Source: Eledone cirrhosa (Eukaryota). From it: 64,000 bases of DNA. The notes below the pieces were generated by a model. It was given only the letters and a program-made list of their open reading frames with translations. It ran no database searches and had not been told where the DNA came from. The stretch is from contig OZ024744.1 in assembly GCA_964016885.1 (NCBI GenBank), positions 59,272,001 through 59,336,000 of the forward strand, in the 5' to 3' direction. Made by a program: the position numbers and the translations under genes. Shown here one piece after another: positions 15,861 through 30,130 of the stretch (positions are counted from its first letter, which is position 1; every line of letters starts with the position of its first letter).

Positions 15861-16345
15861 GGTGGGTGATAACAACAACAAAAACAATATACAGGAAATT
15901 ACACCTTAACTCACTCATATACACACCATTGACACAGCTGACTTGCCCCATTATATACACTCTCTCACTCATTGAAAGACATGTGATACAGGTGTGTATA
16001 TAAGCTGACATTTTCTTCTATACAATTCCTGAGTAAATAAACAACAGCTACTTTTCTTTTTGTTGTTTGCTGCTGCTGCTGCTGCTGCTGCTGTTGTTGT
16101 TGTTATATAAATTATAGGTTGTCTTCTATTTTGGTTGTGCGGTGGATGTTTTAGTGGTGGAGGTGACAGTGATACCTGTGACAGTAGTGATGACGATGGT
16201 AGTGGTGGAGGAGGTAGTGGTCGTAGGGGTGGTCATGTCAGTTTGGAAATATACAAATTTTAATATGAAATTTTAAGTATGTTAGGTTAGGTATGAGTGA
16301 AGGAGGTGACAGGCTGAAATATATAACATTTTGGGACACAACTTT

Positions 16346-16380
<35 letters not shown>

Positions 16381-17029
16381 CCACCCCACCCCCCTATGCA
16401 CACACACAGACTCTACAGGTATAGCTAAGAAATTTGATTTGTTATGGTGTGTAATCTGGGGCAATTTTCTTTTCTACAATAACTTCAAGTTGACGCAGGC
16501 CTTGAAAGTGAAACTTGGTAGGCAGAGACTGTGTGGAAGCCTGTTAGATTGACTTTGCATAAACATCAAAGGTGTAGCCTTATCATTGACCATATTATAC
16601 TGAATTTCCATGAAAATTATATCAATGGAACATGTGACTGAGGAATACGCAACCATGTACACTACAATACAAGAAGTACTGCATGTTTCAACAGAGAATT
16701 TTAAGAACATTTTTTTTTTAATCATCATCATCACCGTTTAACGTCCATTTTTCCATTTTTGCATGGGTTAGATGGGTTGTCCATGTTATGAAACAAGTCC
16801 GGCCAGACTGGCAGCACGGTATTGATGGTAAGCTGCAAAATAAGGTAGCATCGGATGCACAAATAAGTAGTCCTGGACAACACAATGACAGGTCTCTCAG
16901 ATGTGCCAACCTAAAGTCTGGCAGATTCACATCTATAAAACGTAAATATCATACAAGGGACTTGTGTTAGAATGAGTCAATGCTGTCTGAAAAGCCCTGA
17001 CCAATCTCCCACCCCACACCCACATCCAT

Positions 17030-19350
17030 GGGTTAAATGGTAACTCTCTATGAGATGATTCCCACTTACAGTCTCTACAATAATTGAAAGTGGTTAGGCT
17101 GAAGGCTAGCAACCTACTCCCATAAAAAAACCCTTTGCTACAAAAACAGTTCAAATTGTAACAACCGAAAGTAGTCAAGTCAAAAGACGTCTTCACCTTC
17201 ACAGAGAAAGCTTCTCTGAGGAAGCTGCAACTTTGAAATCTCGAATCCTGTCTGCAAAATCTCTCATGTATTAGATACTGGAATGTACAAATGATGTACC
17301 AATTGCTCAAACTGGCTCAAGTCATCAAGAAAATGGAGTCCTACAAACTAAATATATTAGGCCTCAGTGAGGTCCATTGGACTGATATAGGAAAGTTTAG
17401 ATCAGAGGACAAGTTTGTTTTGGTTTAAGGACATCAAGATGGAATACATCAAGCTGGAGAGGCCCTTATTTTGGATGAGTTAGCAAATGGGGTCCTTGAG
17501 GAGTGGACACCCATAAACGAATGACTTTTGATGTAAAGGTTTGTCAACTAATACATTAATCAGCATAATACAGTGCTATGCTCCTACAAATTAACATAAA
17601 GATGTCGACAAGGATGCATTCTATCAACAACTCCACGATCCAATCAACATGACACCCTGTCATGATATTGCCATCATCATGGGGGATATAAATACCCAGA
17701 TTGGTGGAGGTTGAAACTGATTTGAGCATGTCCTGGGTCTTTATGGGTTTGGTAACCACACAGACATTGGGAATAGATTCATCCATTTCAGTGCAATGAA
17801 TGACAGATTAGATCATCATCCCTCTTTGAACATAAGTCCATCCATAAGATCACATGAACTTTCAACAACCCTAAGACAAAAATCCAAATAGACCACTTAG
17901 TGATCGGACCGGAGTGGCAGGTTCCTCAGAGAAGCTTTCTCTGTCATCCATCATGCTGTTTCAAGGCGGAGACGATTTTGAGGCACAAGGGATTGAGATA
18001 AAGGATGGAACCCTGCTGTATAAAAGCAAAGATAAACTTGTGAGATGGTCGAGCACTTCAAGAAAAGACTAAACTGACCTGAACCTGACTCTTTGGCAGT
18101 AATCAAAGAACCCTCTTATCATCTAATTACAGTTACACTTCTAACCATACCAAGAAAGGTGTACTGCCACATTATCCTGAATCAAATGAAAGAGGCCATC
18201 AAGTTGGATTCCTACCCAAATGTTCATGTGCTGATCAAATATTTATCTACAATGCATCATCAAGAAATACAATGAATTCCAAGTATCACTTATCACATTC
18301 ATTGATTTTACTAAAGCATTTGATAGCCTACACAAACCATCCTTATAGAACATCATGCAAGCTTATAACATCTCGCCTAAGGTTATCTCAGCCATCAAGG
18401 ATTTATGTACTGGTTCAATATACTGTGTAATAACTGAGGATGGCTATAGTGAGTAGTTTGAGTCTGATTCTCCTTGCTTTGGTCATCAACTGGATTCAAA
18501 AGGGCAACAAGAGATAAGGGAATTGACTGACTAGTGGAAGAGAAACTCTTAGACCTTGACTTTGCAGACAATATTACAGCCATGGGCAAAAATACATTCG
18601 ACTTGCAGTATCTGATAGATGAGACAATGTTATCTGCAGCCACCATTGGTCTCTACATCAGTATCAAAAAGACCAAGAACATGCTAGTTGGTATTATCCA
18701 TCACCAACAAACATCTACATCAATCAGAAGGATGTGAAGGTCATGGATGACTTCACCTACCTTGGAAGCTCTATCAACAGAAGTGGGAACATGGGGAAAG
18801 AAATTAATTGCACAATAGTAAAAGTTTCAGCAGCTTTTAAGCAATTCAACAAGATCCGGAGAAGCAAAAAACTTTTACTTGGCACCGAGATAAGATTTTA
18901 CAACAACAATATGCTTAAAATGCTCCTGTATGGGTGCAAAATGTTGAGTGTGAAGACCAGCCAAAAGAACCAATTAGATGCTTTTGACACCAAATACCTA
19001 TGGAAAATCCTTGGCATCAGGTGGGATGACTTCATCATTAACAAAGAAGTTTGTCAATGAACCCACCAACATGTGACTAACATCATGTGCAAGCGTCGAC
19101 TTGGCTAATGGGGACATGTCACATGGCCCACAAGTGGGAGATACGCTAATCAGGTCCTATATTGGTACCCTCATGGAAAGAGGCAAAGGTGACACCCCAA
19201 AATGAAATGGTGGCAGACAATCAACAGAAACCTTAAACCCATCAACAAAAGTTGGAATGATGTATTGATAGATGCAACTGACCGTGGTCATTAGAGCACT
19301 TTGGCTACCTCATGTGTCTCAAGACTTGGGAGTTTCTAAGTCTAAGTAAG
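17030..19350 (+). mobile_element. Old, highly degraded RTE-clade LINE
   Basis: Remnant motifs include tggaatgtac (WNV), GLSEVHW, LDLDFADNI, DFTYLGS, LLYGC and ILGIRW. The 3' tail is CTAAGTCTAAGTAAG. Confidence 0.85.
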
Positions 19351-19359
19351 CAGGATGAT

Positions 19360-19660
19360 GATAAGATATAATATACATGGAGGCCACTGGGGTATTCCAT
19401 GAAGGTTTTATACCTTTTCAAATGTTTATAAGTAAGATATGGGCCATTGAGATAGTCTCTGTGGGTCTGAGAGCTTTCAAATGTTTATATGTAAGATATG
19501 ATATGATATACAAAGACTATTGAAGTGTGGGGTCTCAGGCCTTTTCAAATGTTTATATCTAAGATATGATATAAATACACGTGGACCATTGAGGGGTCCG
19601 CTGTAGATCTCAGATCTTTTCAAATGTTTATATGAAATAATATACATGTAGGCATTGAGT
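19360..19660. repeat. Degenerate tandem repeat of about 60-80 bp
   Basis: TTTCAAATGTTTATA occurs four times (about 19415, 19475, 19543, 19618). Confidence 0.75.
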
Positions 19661-20091
19661 AAAATGGAGTCAAGATAGGAGCATCCATACCGCAGCCCTG
19701 GGAGTACTGCTAATCCTATCACCACCACAAACAACAGTTATAAGAGTGGACACGATAAGAAGATTGAGCAAAACTAAACAATTTTTTTTAATACAAAAAG
19801 GTGTTGATTACTGTACTAAACAAAGTATGATCTACTTCAGTCAGTTTGGCTGATATTAGGTATCAGGGAATCGTGGCTGTGTTATACCACTGGACAGAGT
19901 ACATTTTGCTTGAGTCAGTATAGCTGACACAATAGGTACACATACATACATACACATGCATTACAGTTGAATAGTCAACAGCAGCAATGTAATCAAGGAT
20001 ACAAGAACTATTCCAACTATTCACTACCCCTACCATGCCTCAGCATCGAATCAAAACAAAACACAAATATTTGAATAATATGAGTACTTAC

Positions 20092-20191
20092 AGAATGAAT
20101 AAGAGGTCCAAGAACTAAAGCACTGTCAACACACCTTCCAGTAACAACGATGTCAGCACCAAGATCAAGGGCTCTTGCTATTGGACCAGCA
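20092..20191 (-). CDS. Exon of AtuA/DUF1446-like gene ([34 protein letters not shown])
   Basis: Pyrimidine tract plus caaAG acceptor and GTaagt donor; 100 nt. [15 protein letters not shown] is a strongly conserved AtuA motif. Confidence 0.94.
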
Positions 20192-20259
20192 CTTTGAAGG
20201 AAAGAGAGCAAGAGAGAGGGAAAGTGAAAGACATAAATAAAGTAATAAATTATTAATTA

Positions 20260-20522
20260 TTTAATCCTTTCATTACCATATTTCTAATGAAAGACACTGT
20301 CTATGATTTTAAAATAATTTTGAAAATAATCAAGAATTTGGAGAAATTTAGTAAAAAAGAAATTTAATAAGAAACTTTCTCATTTCATTATTACATTTGT
20401 GTTTGTAATATAACAAAGGTTCTTCCATAGAATTAAGATGGAAGGTTTTTAGCTGAAAATAAACAGATTAGAATAAAAGAAAATCGGGGGCGGTTTCAGG
20501 TGGTTTAATATCAAAAGGACTA
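20260..20522. mobile_element. Degenerate MITE, possibly piggyBac-like; second copy at about 39604-39784
   Basis: Both loci share a TT(A)ATCCTTTCAT..CATATTTCTAATG 5' end and have AAGG/ATGGG-TTAA-like 3' ends. Confidence 0.4.
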
Positions 20523-21772
20523 GAAAATGTTCTAGTCGTTTACTTCACTCCATTTCTCTTTTCTAGCAACTCTGCAAAGATGAAGCCTACTGATTCTTCT
20601 ACACTTTATATATATGCATATAAAGTGTGCTTAAGGATCTGCTTTGCAATCATATAGTTTCAGATTTAGTCACATTGTAAATGTCTTCTACAGTATCAGG
20701 TTGACCAATGACTTATGAGTGAAATTGTGCAAAAGCCCATGGCATGTGTATGTGTTTCCAGCCATGTCTGTGTTTATGTCCTATACCTCAGTGACTAAAC
20801 ACCCCCCAAGGCAGTGTCGCAGCATAGTCGCAATCAAATGACTGAAACCACTATGTATAGCTTTTATAATTTGTAGACTCTTGTATATCACAATTTGTTT
20901 CTTGGTATATTTGCTTTCTAGCGAATTGAAAGAGTTGCTAGAGTATAGAAAATGTATTTCTTCCACTTTTTTAAAATCCTTAGTAAAAATCTTGAGAAGT
21001 ACATTACACGAATAGGAATTGCATTATGAGTGGAGCACTTGCAGAAAACAGCACTGCTTGGAACAAATCAGGCCATGGTCAGTTTTGCCTTTCATCCTTT
21101 CAGGGCTGATAAATAAATTACTAGTCCAGTGACTGCTGGTTGGTAGAATTGTTAGAACACTGGAGGGAATGTCTTACAGTACTTGTGTGGTACACTTAAT
21201 TCAGCATCCACTTTAACACCATTACCTGACCATTGGGTACTTTTATCAAAATCTGCTCTGCTGCAAGCATTCAGACTAGGTCTTCAATTTTAGGATGCCT
21301 TTCTTTCTCCCACCAGTCTTGAAGGCTCTAAAAAGGGTCATGGACACTGTCCATTCCTTCAATAAACAAGTTTAAATCCTATTGAGATCAACTTTGTCAC
21401 TCAATAAAATAAATACCATCCAAGTACTGTGGCTGATTTAATTGACTAACCCCCACCGCCAACATTTCAGGTGATGTGCACCTGAAGAAGAAGGCCATAA
21501 AGGACATTAGCTTCAGTTGCAGGACCAAGGGGTTAGTTAAGGTGTTTAAGGTCTGATTTGGACAGGATCTTTAGCTAGAAAAAAAACTGGTAAGAAGTCA
21601 CAAGTAGAGTGTTATTCAGTAGGCCAGTGTTATTCAGAAAGGAAGCTGTCTCTGAAAGGTTGAACAGAAGTAGCTAATGTATATATTGCTTTAAAGATGT
21701 ACTATATACTATCACCTGGCCATCATGCTTTGTTTCAAGAAACATCTGATCAGAGTCTTTATTTCCTCATAA

Positions 21773-22685
21773 GGGTGGTGGATTGGCAGTATCGGCAGAG
21801 CATCAGACACCCTGCTTTGTGGCATAGAGTTACAGCCCTTTACATTCTTAGTTCAAAGCCCACCGATATTAGCTTTGTCTTTCATCCTTAAAGGGTCAAT
21901 GAGATAAAGTACCAGTCATGCACTGGTGTTGATTTAATCAACTTTCCCATCTCCCCAAATTGCTGGCCTTGTGCCTATAGTAGAAATCCTTATTATTATT
22001 ATTAGCTTTGCCTTTCATCCTTACAGGGTTGATAAAATAAAATACCAGTAACGCACTGGGGTCGATTTAATCAACTTGCCCTTTTCCCCCGAAAATTGTT
22101 GGCCTTGTGCCGAAATCAGAAATCAGTATCATTATTATTGGCACCCATGGTTTTATGGGGGTTTTTTCCATGAGTGACCCTTGAACATCTCCCTATTGAG
22201 CAACCTCCTTTGTTTTAATTTTATTGTTATTTTCCTTTTTTGTTTATACACAAAACCCACACACCAACACACACACACACTGTTTTCATCCTGTGCCGTC
22301 ATAATGTTTTTCTTGATGTAAACTCTTTGTGGTTACTGAGTTCAAATCCCGTTGAGGTTAACTTTGCCTTTCATCCTTACGGGGTCGATAAAATAAAGTA
22401 CCAGTAATGTACTGGGATAATTGCTGGCCTTGTGCCAAAAGTAGAAACAATTATTATTATATGAGTGCAGCGGATTGTCAGTATCGGTAGAGCGTCGGAC
22501 AACATGCTTTGCAGCATCGAGATACGGGGCTTAACGTTCTGTGTTCAAATCCCACTGAGGTTAGCTTTGCCTTTCATCCTTATGGGGTCGATAAAAAAAA
22601 GCACCAGTAATACACTGGGGTCGATTTAATCGACTATCCCCTCCCCCTTCAAACTGCTGGTTTTGTGCCTAAAGTAGAAACAATT
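21773..22685 (+). mobile_element. Cluster of 4 full or partial tRNA-SINE copies (GAGTTCAAATCC...CTTTGCCTTTCATCCTTACGGGGTCGATAAAATAAAGTACCAG family)
   Basis: The core motif recurs at about 21870, 22005, 22360 and 22565, with GCTGGCCTTGTGCC...TAGAAAC(ATT)n tails. Confidence 0.85.
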
Positions 22686-22706
22686 ATTTTATCATTATTA
22701 TTATTA

Positions 22707-25700
22707 CTAGCAACAGCAGCACTAGCAACAGCTCAAGTAGCAATGCTATTGCATCAGCAGCACTAGCAACAGCAGCACTAGCAACAGCTCAAGTAGCAAT
22801 GCTATTGCATCAGCAGCACTAGCAACAACAGCACTAGCAACAGCAGCACTAGCAACAGCAGCACTAGCAACAGCTCAAGTAGCAATACTATTGCATCAGC
22901 AGCACTAGCAACAGCAGCACTAGCAACAGCTCAAGTAGCAATGCTATTGCATCAGCAGCACTAGCAACAGCAGCACTAGCAACAGCTCAAGTAGCAATGC
23001 TATTGCATCAGCAGCACTAGCAACAGCAGCACTAGCAACAGCAGCACTAGCAACAGCAGCACTAGCAACAGCTCAAGTAGCAATGCTATTGCATCAGCAG
23101 CACTAGCAACAGCAGCACTAGCAACAGCTCAAGTAGCAATGCTATTGCATCAGCAGCACTAGCAACAGCAGCACTAGCAACAGCTCAAGTAGCAATGCTA
23201 TTGCATCAGCAGCACTAGCAACAGCAGCACTAGCAACAGCAGCACTAGCAACAGCTCAAGTAGCAATGCTATTGCATCAGCAGCACTAGCAACAGCAGCA
23301 CTAGCAACAGCTCAAGTAGCAATGCTATTGCATCAGCAGCACTAGCAACAGCAGCACTAGCAACAGCTCAAGTAGCAATGCTATTGCATCAGCAGCACTA
23401 GCAACAGCAGCACTAGCAACAGCAGCACTAGCAACAGCTCAAGTAGCAATGCTATTGAATCAGCAGCACTAGCAACAGCAGCACTAGCAACAGCTCAAGT
23501 AGCAATGCTATTGCATCAGCAGCACTAGCAACAACAGCACTAGCAACAGCAGCACTAGCAACAGCTCAGGTAGCAATGCTATTGCATCAGCAGCACTAGC
23601 AACAGCAGCACTAGCAACAGCTCAAGTAGCAATGCTATTGCATCAGCAGCACTAGCAACAGCAGCACTAGCAACAGCTCAAGTAGCAATGCTATTGAATC
23701 AGCAGCACTAGCAACAGCAGCACTAGCAACAGCTCAAGTAGCAATGCTATTGCATCAGCAGCACTAGCAACAGCAGCACTAGCAACAGCTCAAGTAGCAA
23801 TGCTATTGAATCAGCAGCACTAGCAACAGCAGCACTAGCAACAGCTCAAGTAGCAATGCTATTGCATCAGCAGCACTAGCAACAGCAGCACTAGCAACAG
23901 CTCAAGTAGCAATGCTATTGAATCAGCAGCACTAGCAACAGCAGCACTAGCAACAGCTCAAGTAGCAATGCTATTGCATCAGCAGCACTAGCAACAGCAG
24001 CACTAGCAACGGCTCAAGTAGCAATGCTATTGCATCAGCAGCACTAGCAACAACAGCACTAGCAACAGCAGCACTAGCAACAGCTCAAGTAGCAATGCTA
24101 TTGCATCAGCAGCACTAGCAACAGCAGCACTAGCAACAGCTCAAGTAGCAATGCTATTGCATCAGCAGCACTAGCAACAGCAGCACTAGCAACAGCTCAA
24201 GTAGCAATGCTATTGCATCAGCAGCACTAGCAACAGCAGCACTAGCAACAGCAGCACTAGCAACAGCTCAAGTAGCAATGCTATTGAATCAGCAGCACTA
24301 GCAACAGCAGCACTAGCAACAGCTCAAGTAGCAATGCTATTGCATCAGCAGCACTAGCAACAACAGCACTAGCAACAGCAGCACTAGCAACAGCTCAAAT
24401 AGCAATGCTATTGCATCAGCAGCACTAGCAACAGCAGCACTAGCAACAGCTCAAGTAGCAATGCTATTGCATCAGCAGCACTAGCAACAGCAGCACTAGC
24501 AACAGCAGCACTAGCAACAGCAGCACTAGCAACAGCAGCACTAACAACAGCTCAAGTAGCAATGCTATTGCATCAGCAGCACTAGCAACAGCAGCACTAG
24601 CAACAGCAGCACTAGCAACAGCTCAAGTAGCAATGCTATTGCATCAGCAGCACTAGCAACAGCAGCACTAGCAACAGCTCAAGTAGCAATGCTATTGCAT
24701 CAGAAGCACTAGCAACAGCAGCACTAGCAACAGCTCAAGTAGCAATGCTATTGCATCAGCAGCACTAGCAACAGCAACACTAGCAACAGCAGCACTAGCA
24801 ACAGCAGCACTAGCAACAGCTCAAGTAGCAATGCTATTGCATCAGCAGCACTAGCAACAGCAGCACTAGCAACAGCTCAAGTAGCAATGCTATTGCATCA
24901 GCAGCACTAGCAACAGCAGCACTAGCAACAGCTCAAGTAGCAATGCTATTGCATCAGCAGCACTAGCAACAGCAGCACTAGCAACAGCTCAAGTAGCAAT
25001 GCTATTGCATCAGCAGCACTAGCAACAGCAGCACTAGCAACAGTAGCACTAGCAACAGCTCAAGTAGCAATGCTATTGCATCAGCAGCACTAGCAACAAC
25101 AGCACTAGCAACAGCAGCACTAGCAACAGCTCAAGTAGCAATGCTATTGCAACAGCAGCACTAGCAACAGCTCAAGTAGCAATGCTATTGCATCAGCAGC
25201 ACTAGCAACAGCAGCACTAGCAACAGCTCAAGTAGCAATGCTATTGCATCAGCAGCACTAGCAACAGCAGCACTAGCAACAGCTCAAGTAGCAATGCTAT
25301 TGCATCAGCAGCACTAGCAACAGCTCAAGTAGCAATGCTATTGCATCAGCAGCACTAGCAACAGCAGCACTAGCAACAGCTCAAGTAGCAATGCTATTGC
25401 ATCAGCAGCACTAGAAACAGCTCAAGTAGCAATGCTATTGCATCAGCAGCACTAGCAACAGCAGCACTAGCAACAGCTCAAGTAGCAATGCTATTGCATC
25501 AGCAGCACTAGCAACAGCAGCACTAGCAACAGCAGCACTAGCAACAGCAGCACTAGCAACAGCAGCACTAGCAACAGCTCAAGTAGCAATGCTATTGCAT
25601 CAGCAGCACTAGCAACAGCAGCACTAGCAACAGCTCAAGTAGCAATGCTATTGCATCAGCAGCACTAGCAACAGCAGCACTAGCAACAGCTCAAGTAGCA

Positions 25701-28212
25701 ATGCTATTGCATCAGCAGCACTAGCAACAGCTCAAGTAGCAATGCTATTGCATCAGCAGCACTAGCAACAGCTCAAGTAGCAATGCTATTGCATCAGCAG
25801 CACTAGCAACAGCAGCACTAGCAACAGCTCAAGTAGCAATGCTATTGCATCAGCAGCACTAGCAACAGCAGCACTAGCAACAGCAGCACTAGCAACAGCA
25901 GCACTAGCAACAGCAGCACTAACAACAGCTCAAGTAGCAATGCTATTGCATCAGCAGCACTAGCAACAGCAGCACTAGCAACAGCAGCACTAGCAACAGC
26001 TCAAGTAGCAATGCTATTGCATCAGCAGCACTAGCAACAGCAGCACTAGCAACAGCTCAAGTAGCAATGCTATTGCATCAGAAGCACTAGCAACAGCAGC
26101 ACTAGCAACAGCAGCACTAGCAACAGCTCAAGTAGCAATGCTATTGCATCAGCAGCACTAGCAACAGCAACACTAGCAACAGCAGCACTAGCAACAGCAG
26201 CACTAGCAACAGCTCAAGTAGCAATGCTATTGCATCAGCAGCACTAGCAACAGCAGCACTAGCAACAGCTCAAGTAGCAATGCTATTGCATCAGCAGCAC
26301 TAGCAACAGCAGCACTAGCAACAGCTCAAGTAGCAATGCTATTGCATCAGCAGCACTAGCAACAGCAGCACTAGCAACAGCTCAAGTAGCAATGCTATTG
26401 CATCAGCAGCACTAGCAACAGCAGCACTAGCAACAGTAGCACTAGCAACAGCTCAAGTAGCAATGCTATTGCATCAGCAGCACTAGCAACAACAGCACTA
26501 GCAACAGCAGCACTAGCAACAGCTCAAGTAGCAATGCTATTGCAACAGCAGCACTAGCAACAGCTCAAGTAGCAATGCTATTGCATCAGCAGCACTAGCA
26601 ACAGCAGCACTAGCAACAGCTCAAGTAGCAATGCTATTGCATCAGCAGCACTAGCAACAGCAGCACTAGCAACAGCTCAAGTAGCAATGCTATTGCATCA
26701 GCAGCACTAGCAACAGCTCAAGTAGCAATGCTATTGCATCAGCAGCACTAGCAACAGCAGCACTAGCAACAGCTCAAGTAGCAATGCTATTGCATCAGCA
26801 GCACTAGAAACAGCTCAAGTAGCAATGCTATTGCATCAGCAGCACTAGCAACAGCAGCACTAGCAACAGCTCAAGTAGCAATGCTATTGCATCAGCAGCA
26901 CTAGCAACAGCAGCACTAGCAACAGCTCAAGTAGCAATGCTATTGCATCAGCAGCACTAGCAACAGCAGCACTAGCAACAGCAGCACTAGCAACAGCAGC
27001 ACTAGCAACAGCAGCACTAGCAACAGCTCAAGTAGCAATGCTATTGCATCAGCAGCACTAGCAACAGCAGCACTAGCAACAGCAGCACTAGCAACAGCAG
27101 CACTAGCAACAGCTCAAGTAGCAATGCTATTGCATCAGCAGCACTAGCAACAGCAGCACTAGCAACAGCTCAAGTAGCAATGCTATTGCATCAGCAGCAC
27201 TAGCAACAGCAGCACTAGCAACAGCAGCACTAGCAACATCAGCACTAGCAACAGCAGCACTAGCAACAGCAGCACTAGCAACAGCAGCACTAGCAACAGC
27301 AGCACTAGCAACAGCAGCACTAGCAACAGCAGCACTAGCAACAGCAGCACTAGCAACAGCTCAAGTAGCAATGCTATTGCATCAGCAGCACTAGCAACAG
27401 CAGCACTAGCAACAGCTCAAGTAGCAATGCTATTGCATCAGCAGCACTAGCAACAGCAGCACTAGCAACAGCAGCACTAGCAACAGCAGCACTAGCAACA
27501 GCAGCACTAGCAACAGCTCAAGTAGCAATGCTATTGCATCAGCAGCACTAGCAACAGCTCAAGTAGCAATGCTATTGCATCAGCAGCACTAGCAACAGCA
27601 GCACTAGCAACAGCAGCACTAGCAACAGCTCAAGTAGCAATGCTATTGCATCAGCAGCACTAGCAACAGCAGCACTAGCAACAGCAGCACTAGCAACAGC
27701 TCAAGTAGCAATGCTATTGCATCAGCAGCACTAGCAACAGCAGCACTAGCAACAGCAGCACTAGCAACAGCAGCACTAGCAACAGCTCAAGTAGCAATGC
27801 TATTGCATCAGCAGCACTAGCAACAGCAGCACTAGCAACAGCAGCACTAGCAACAGCTCAAGTAGCAATGCTTTTGCATCAGCAGCACTAGCAACAGCAG
27901 CACTAGCAACAGCTCAAGTAGCAATGCTATTGCATCAGCAGCACTAGCAACAGCAGCACTAGCAACAGCTCAAGTAGCAATGCTATTGCATCAGCAGCAC
28001 TAGCAACAGCAGCACTAGCAACAGCTCAAGTAGCAATGCTATTGCATCAGCAGCACTAGCAACAGCAGCACTAGCAACAGCTCAAGTAGCAATGCTATTG
28101 CATCAGCAGCACTAGCAACAGCAGCACTAGCAACAGCAGCACTAGCAACAGCAGCACTAGCAACAGCAGCACTAGCAACAGCAGCACTAGCAACAGCTCA
28201 AGTAGCAATGCT
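22707..28212. repeat. Satellite built from a 15-mer GCAGCACTAGCAACA and a 26-mer GCTCAAGTAGCAATGCTATTGCATCA (modal unit 56 bp)
   Basis: Highly homogeneous 5.5 kb array with a variable number of 15-mers per 26-mer. Confidence 0.98.
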
Positions 28213-28879
28213 CTCCCCACATTCTTCAACTGTGTTTAGATTTTTTGGAGTTTGAGAAAAAAATAATTATATAAGTTTCAATGGGAGGGGGGAGGGCTCT
28301 CTCTTTCTTCTACATCAATATGAAGAAGACATTATATGTCAACTGTCTCAGACAAAAGAATATTTCTAACATATATTACCAATTCAACAAAGCAGGGCTC
28401 CTCACTCCACCGAAAACAATAAATAAAATAAAATAAAATAAATAAGATGGCATGTTGGTATATAAGTGGGTCAAACATTTGTCAGGAAGTTCTGATAAGA
28501 GGAAACCATTAATTTTGTTAAAATATCATGAGAAAGTGTGGAGAATTAAAAGAGAAACAGACAGTGTGTGGGAGGGATTAATATAATAAGAAAGATGGAA
28601 GATTAATGGCAGTCAGTAGTTTGTAGGTAAATAGACCCCACTGCTCACTCACACCATTCATATTTACTGGTCAGTCAGTTCTTTTCCTTGGTCTCTCTCT
28701 CTGCACAAACATCCACAGTCCAATGGTTTTCTGGGGTGTTGAGTAAGTGAAATTAGAGAAATCTACTCCTTGAACTCTTTAGATGAGTGTATACAAGTAA
28801 CAGGTTGTGCAACACTACTTGTTATGACTGCATGTTACTCTTTTTCTATTTAGGTTACTTACTATTTTAATCCTTTAAA

Positions 28880-29300
28880 GAATATGGCTTAGTGTTTAGG
28901 GTGTTTGGCTCATGATCATAAGGTTCAATTTGCAGTGGCTCATTATGTCCTTGAGCAAGACATTATATTTAATGCTGCTTTGAAAAAATGAGCTGCACTT
29001 GTAATTTTAAAAGGGCCAGCCTTGTCACACTCTGTGTCATGCTGAATCTCTGAGAATTATGTGAAAAGTACATCTGTCTGCGGAATACTCAGCCACTTAC
29101 ACAACGATACAAGAGGAACTATATTTCCAATTCAAAGGGCCTGTTTTGTCACATATTGTGTCATGTTGAGTCACTCTGAGAACTACATGAAGGGTATATG
29201 TTTCTGTGGAATACTCAACCATTTGCAAATTAATTTCATGAGCAGGCTGTTTCATTATTTTAACAACTGGAACACTCATTGTTGAAACTGATGGAAGTTC
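28880..29300 (+). mobile_element. Degraded tRNA-SINE with internal duplication of about 110 bp
   Basis: TGGCTTAGTG...GGTTCAATT...CCTTGAGCAAGAC head. The AAAGGGCC...GGAATACTCA block occurs twice. Confidence 0.65.
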
Positions 29301-29749
29301 AATAAATTAGAACAAACCTAGGAACATCATCATCCTCATTCCAAGCTGGTCTGAGTTAATCGGCTTATTACAGTCATTCAGTTCTTGTTAAAAATTACTG
29401 CCCTCCTTGATAGACTGGAGACCATATTACACTTATACGTTCCAATTTGGGCATGGTTTCTATGGTTGGATGACTTTTGTAACACCAACCATTTTACAAA
29501 GAGTATGTTGGGTATATTTTTTCAGAACACCAACACTAGATGAGTTGTCTTAATCAGTGCAAGGCCAGAGAGACAACCATTATATATATGTATATAATTA
29601 AAAGTAACATTTTCATCTTAGGTTACGTTTTGAAAATTGTGTGGTATTTTTTGAAAAGTGCAAAACAGCATCACATTAAAAATTAAAGTCTTCTTTCAAA
29701 TATTGCAAAATTTTACAATTTTCTGTTCACTAATAGATATACTATATTC

Positions 29750-30130
29750 TTCTTCTTTGCCCACTTATTCCTGTGAGTGGCCATGGGAGCAGAATCCTCA
29801 AAGACTCCTTCCAGTGGGTCATGTCAGAGGTAAACATTTCCCATTGATCTGGCTGGATCCCTAAGTGAGACCAGCCAAGCTCATGGATGTTATCCAAATA
29901 TCTTGTTCAGGGTCTATTCCTAGATCTCCTGCCAGTTGGTTTTGACTGTAAAATCTGTCCAGCGATTCTTTCCTGAGACATTCTAACCATATGTCTGTAA
30001 TATCGGAACTATAATTGCTCAATTCAGAGGAGTAGCTGCTATACCTGGAGTGATTCTCTGATTTCTAAAAGAATACAACCGTGAATAAGTGACTAAAATG
30101 GGGTTGCTCTGTAGGGTCTTTGGAGTAACA
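29750..30130 (-). mobile_element. Degraded RTE-like LINE 3' fragment (related to 35530-35860)
   Basis: Similar to 35560-35860; the minus strand reads KPTGRRSRNRP*TRYLDNI...LGWSHLGI. Confidence 0.65.

Noticed and set aside
4137-16003. Long ORFs (822, 832, 821, 475, 968, 920 aa) resembling mucin, His-rich or Pro/Ser-rich proteins
   Set aside because: They are open in several frames and on both strands because the triplet repeats lack stops. Frameshifting unit variants occur freely, and the region appears to be intron of the minus-strand gene.
17030-17130. Possible twister or HDV-like ribozyme at the 5' end of the old RTE
   Set aside because: Only the downstream GGCTAGCAACC...CATAAAAA-type leader is recognisable; the ribozyme core is not.
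22707-28212. Regular repeat with palindromic unit, superficially CRISPR-like
   Set aside because: There are no unique spacers and no cas genes; it is a eukaryotic satellite.
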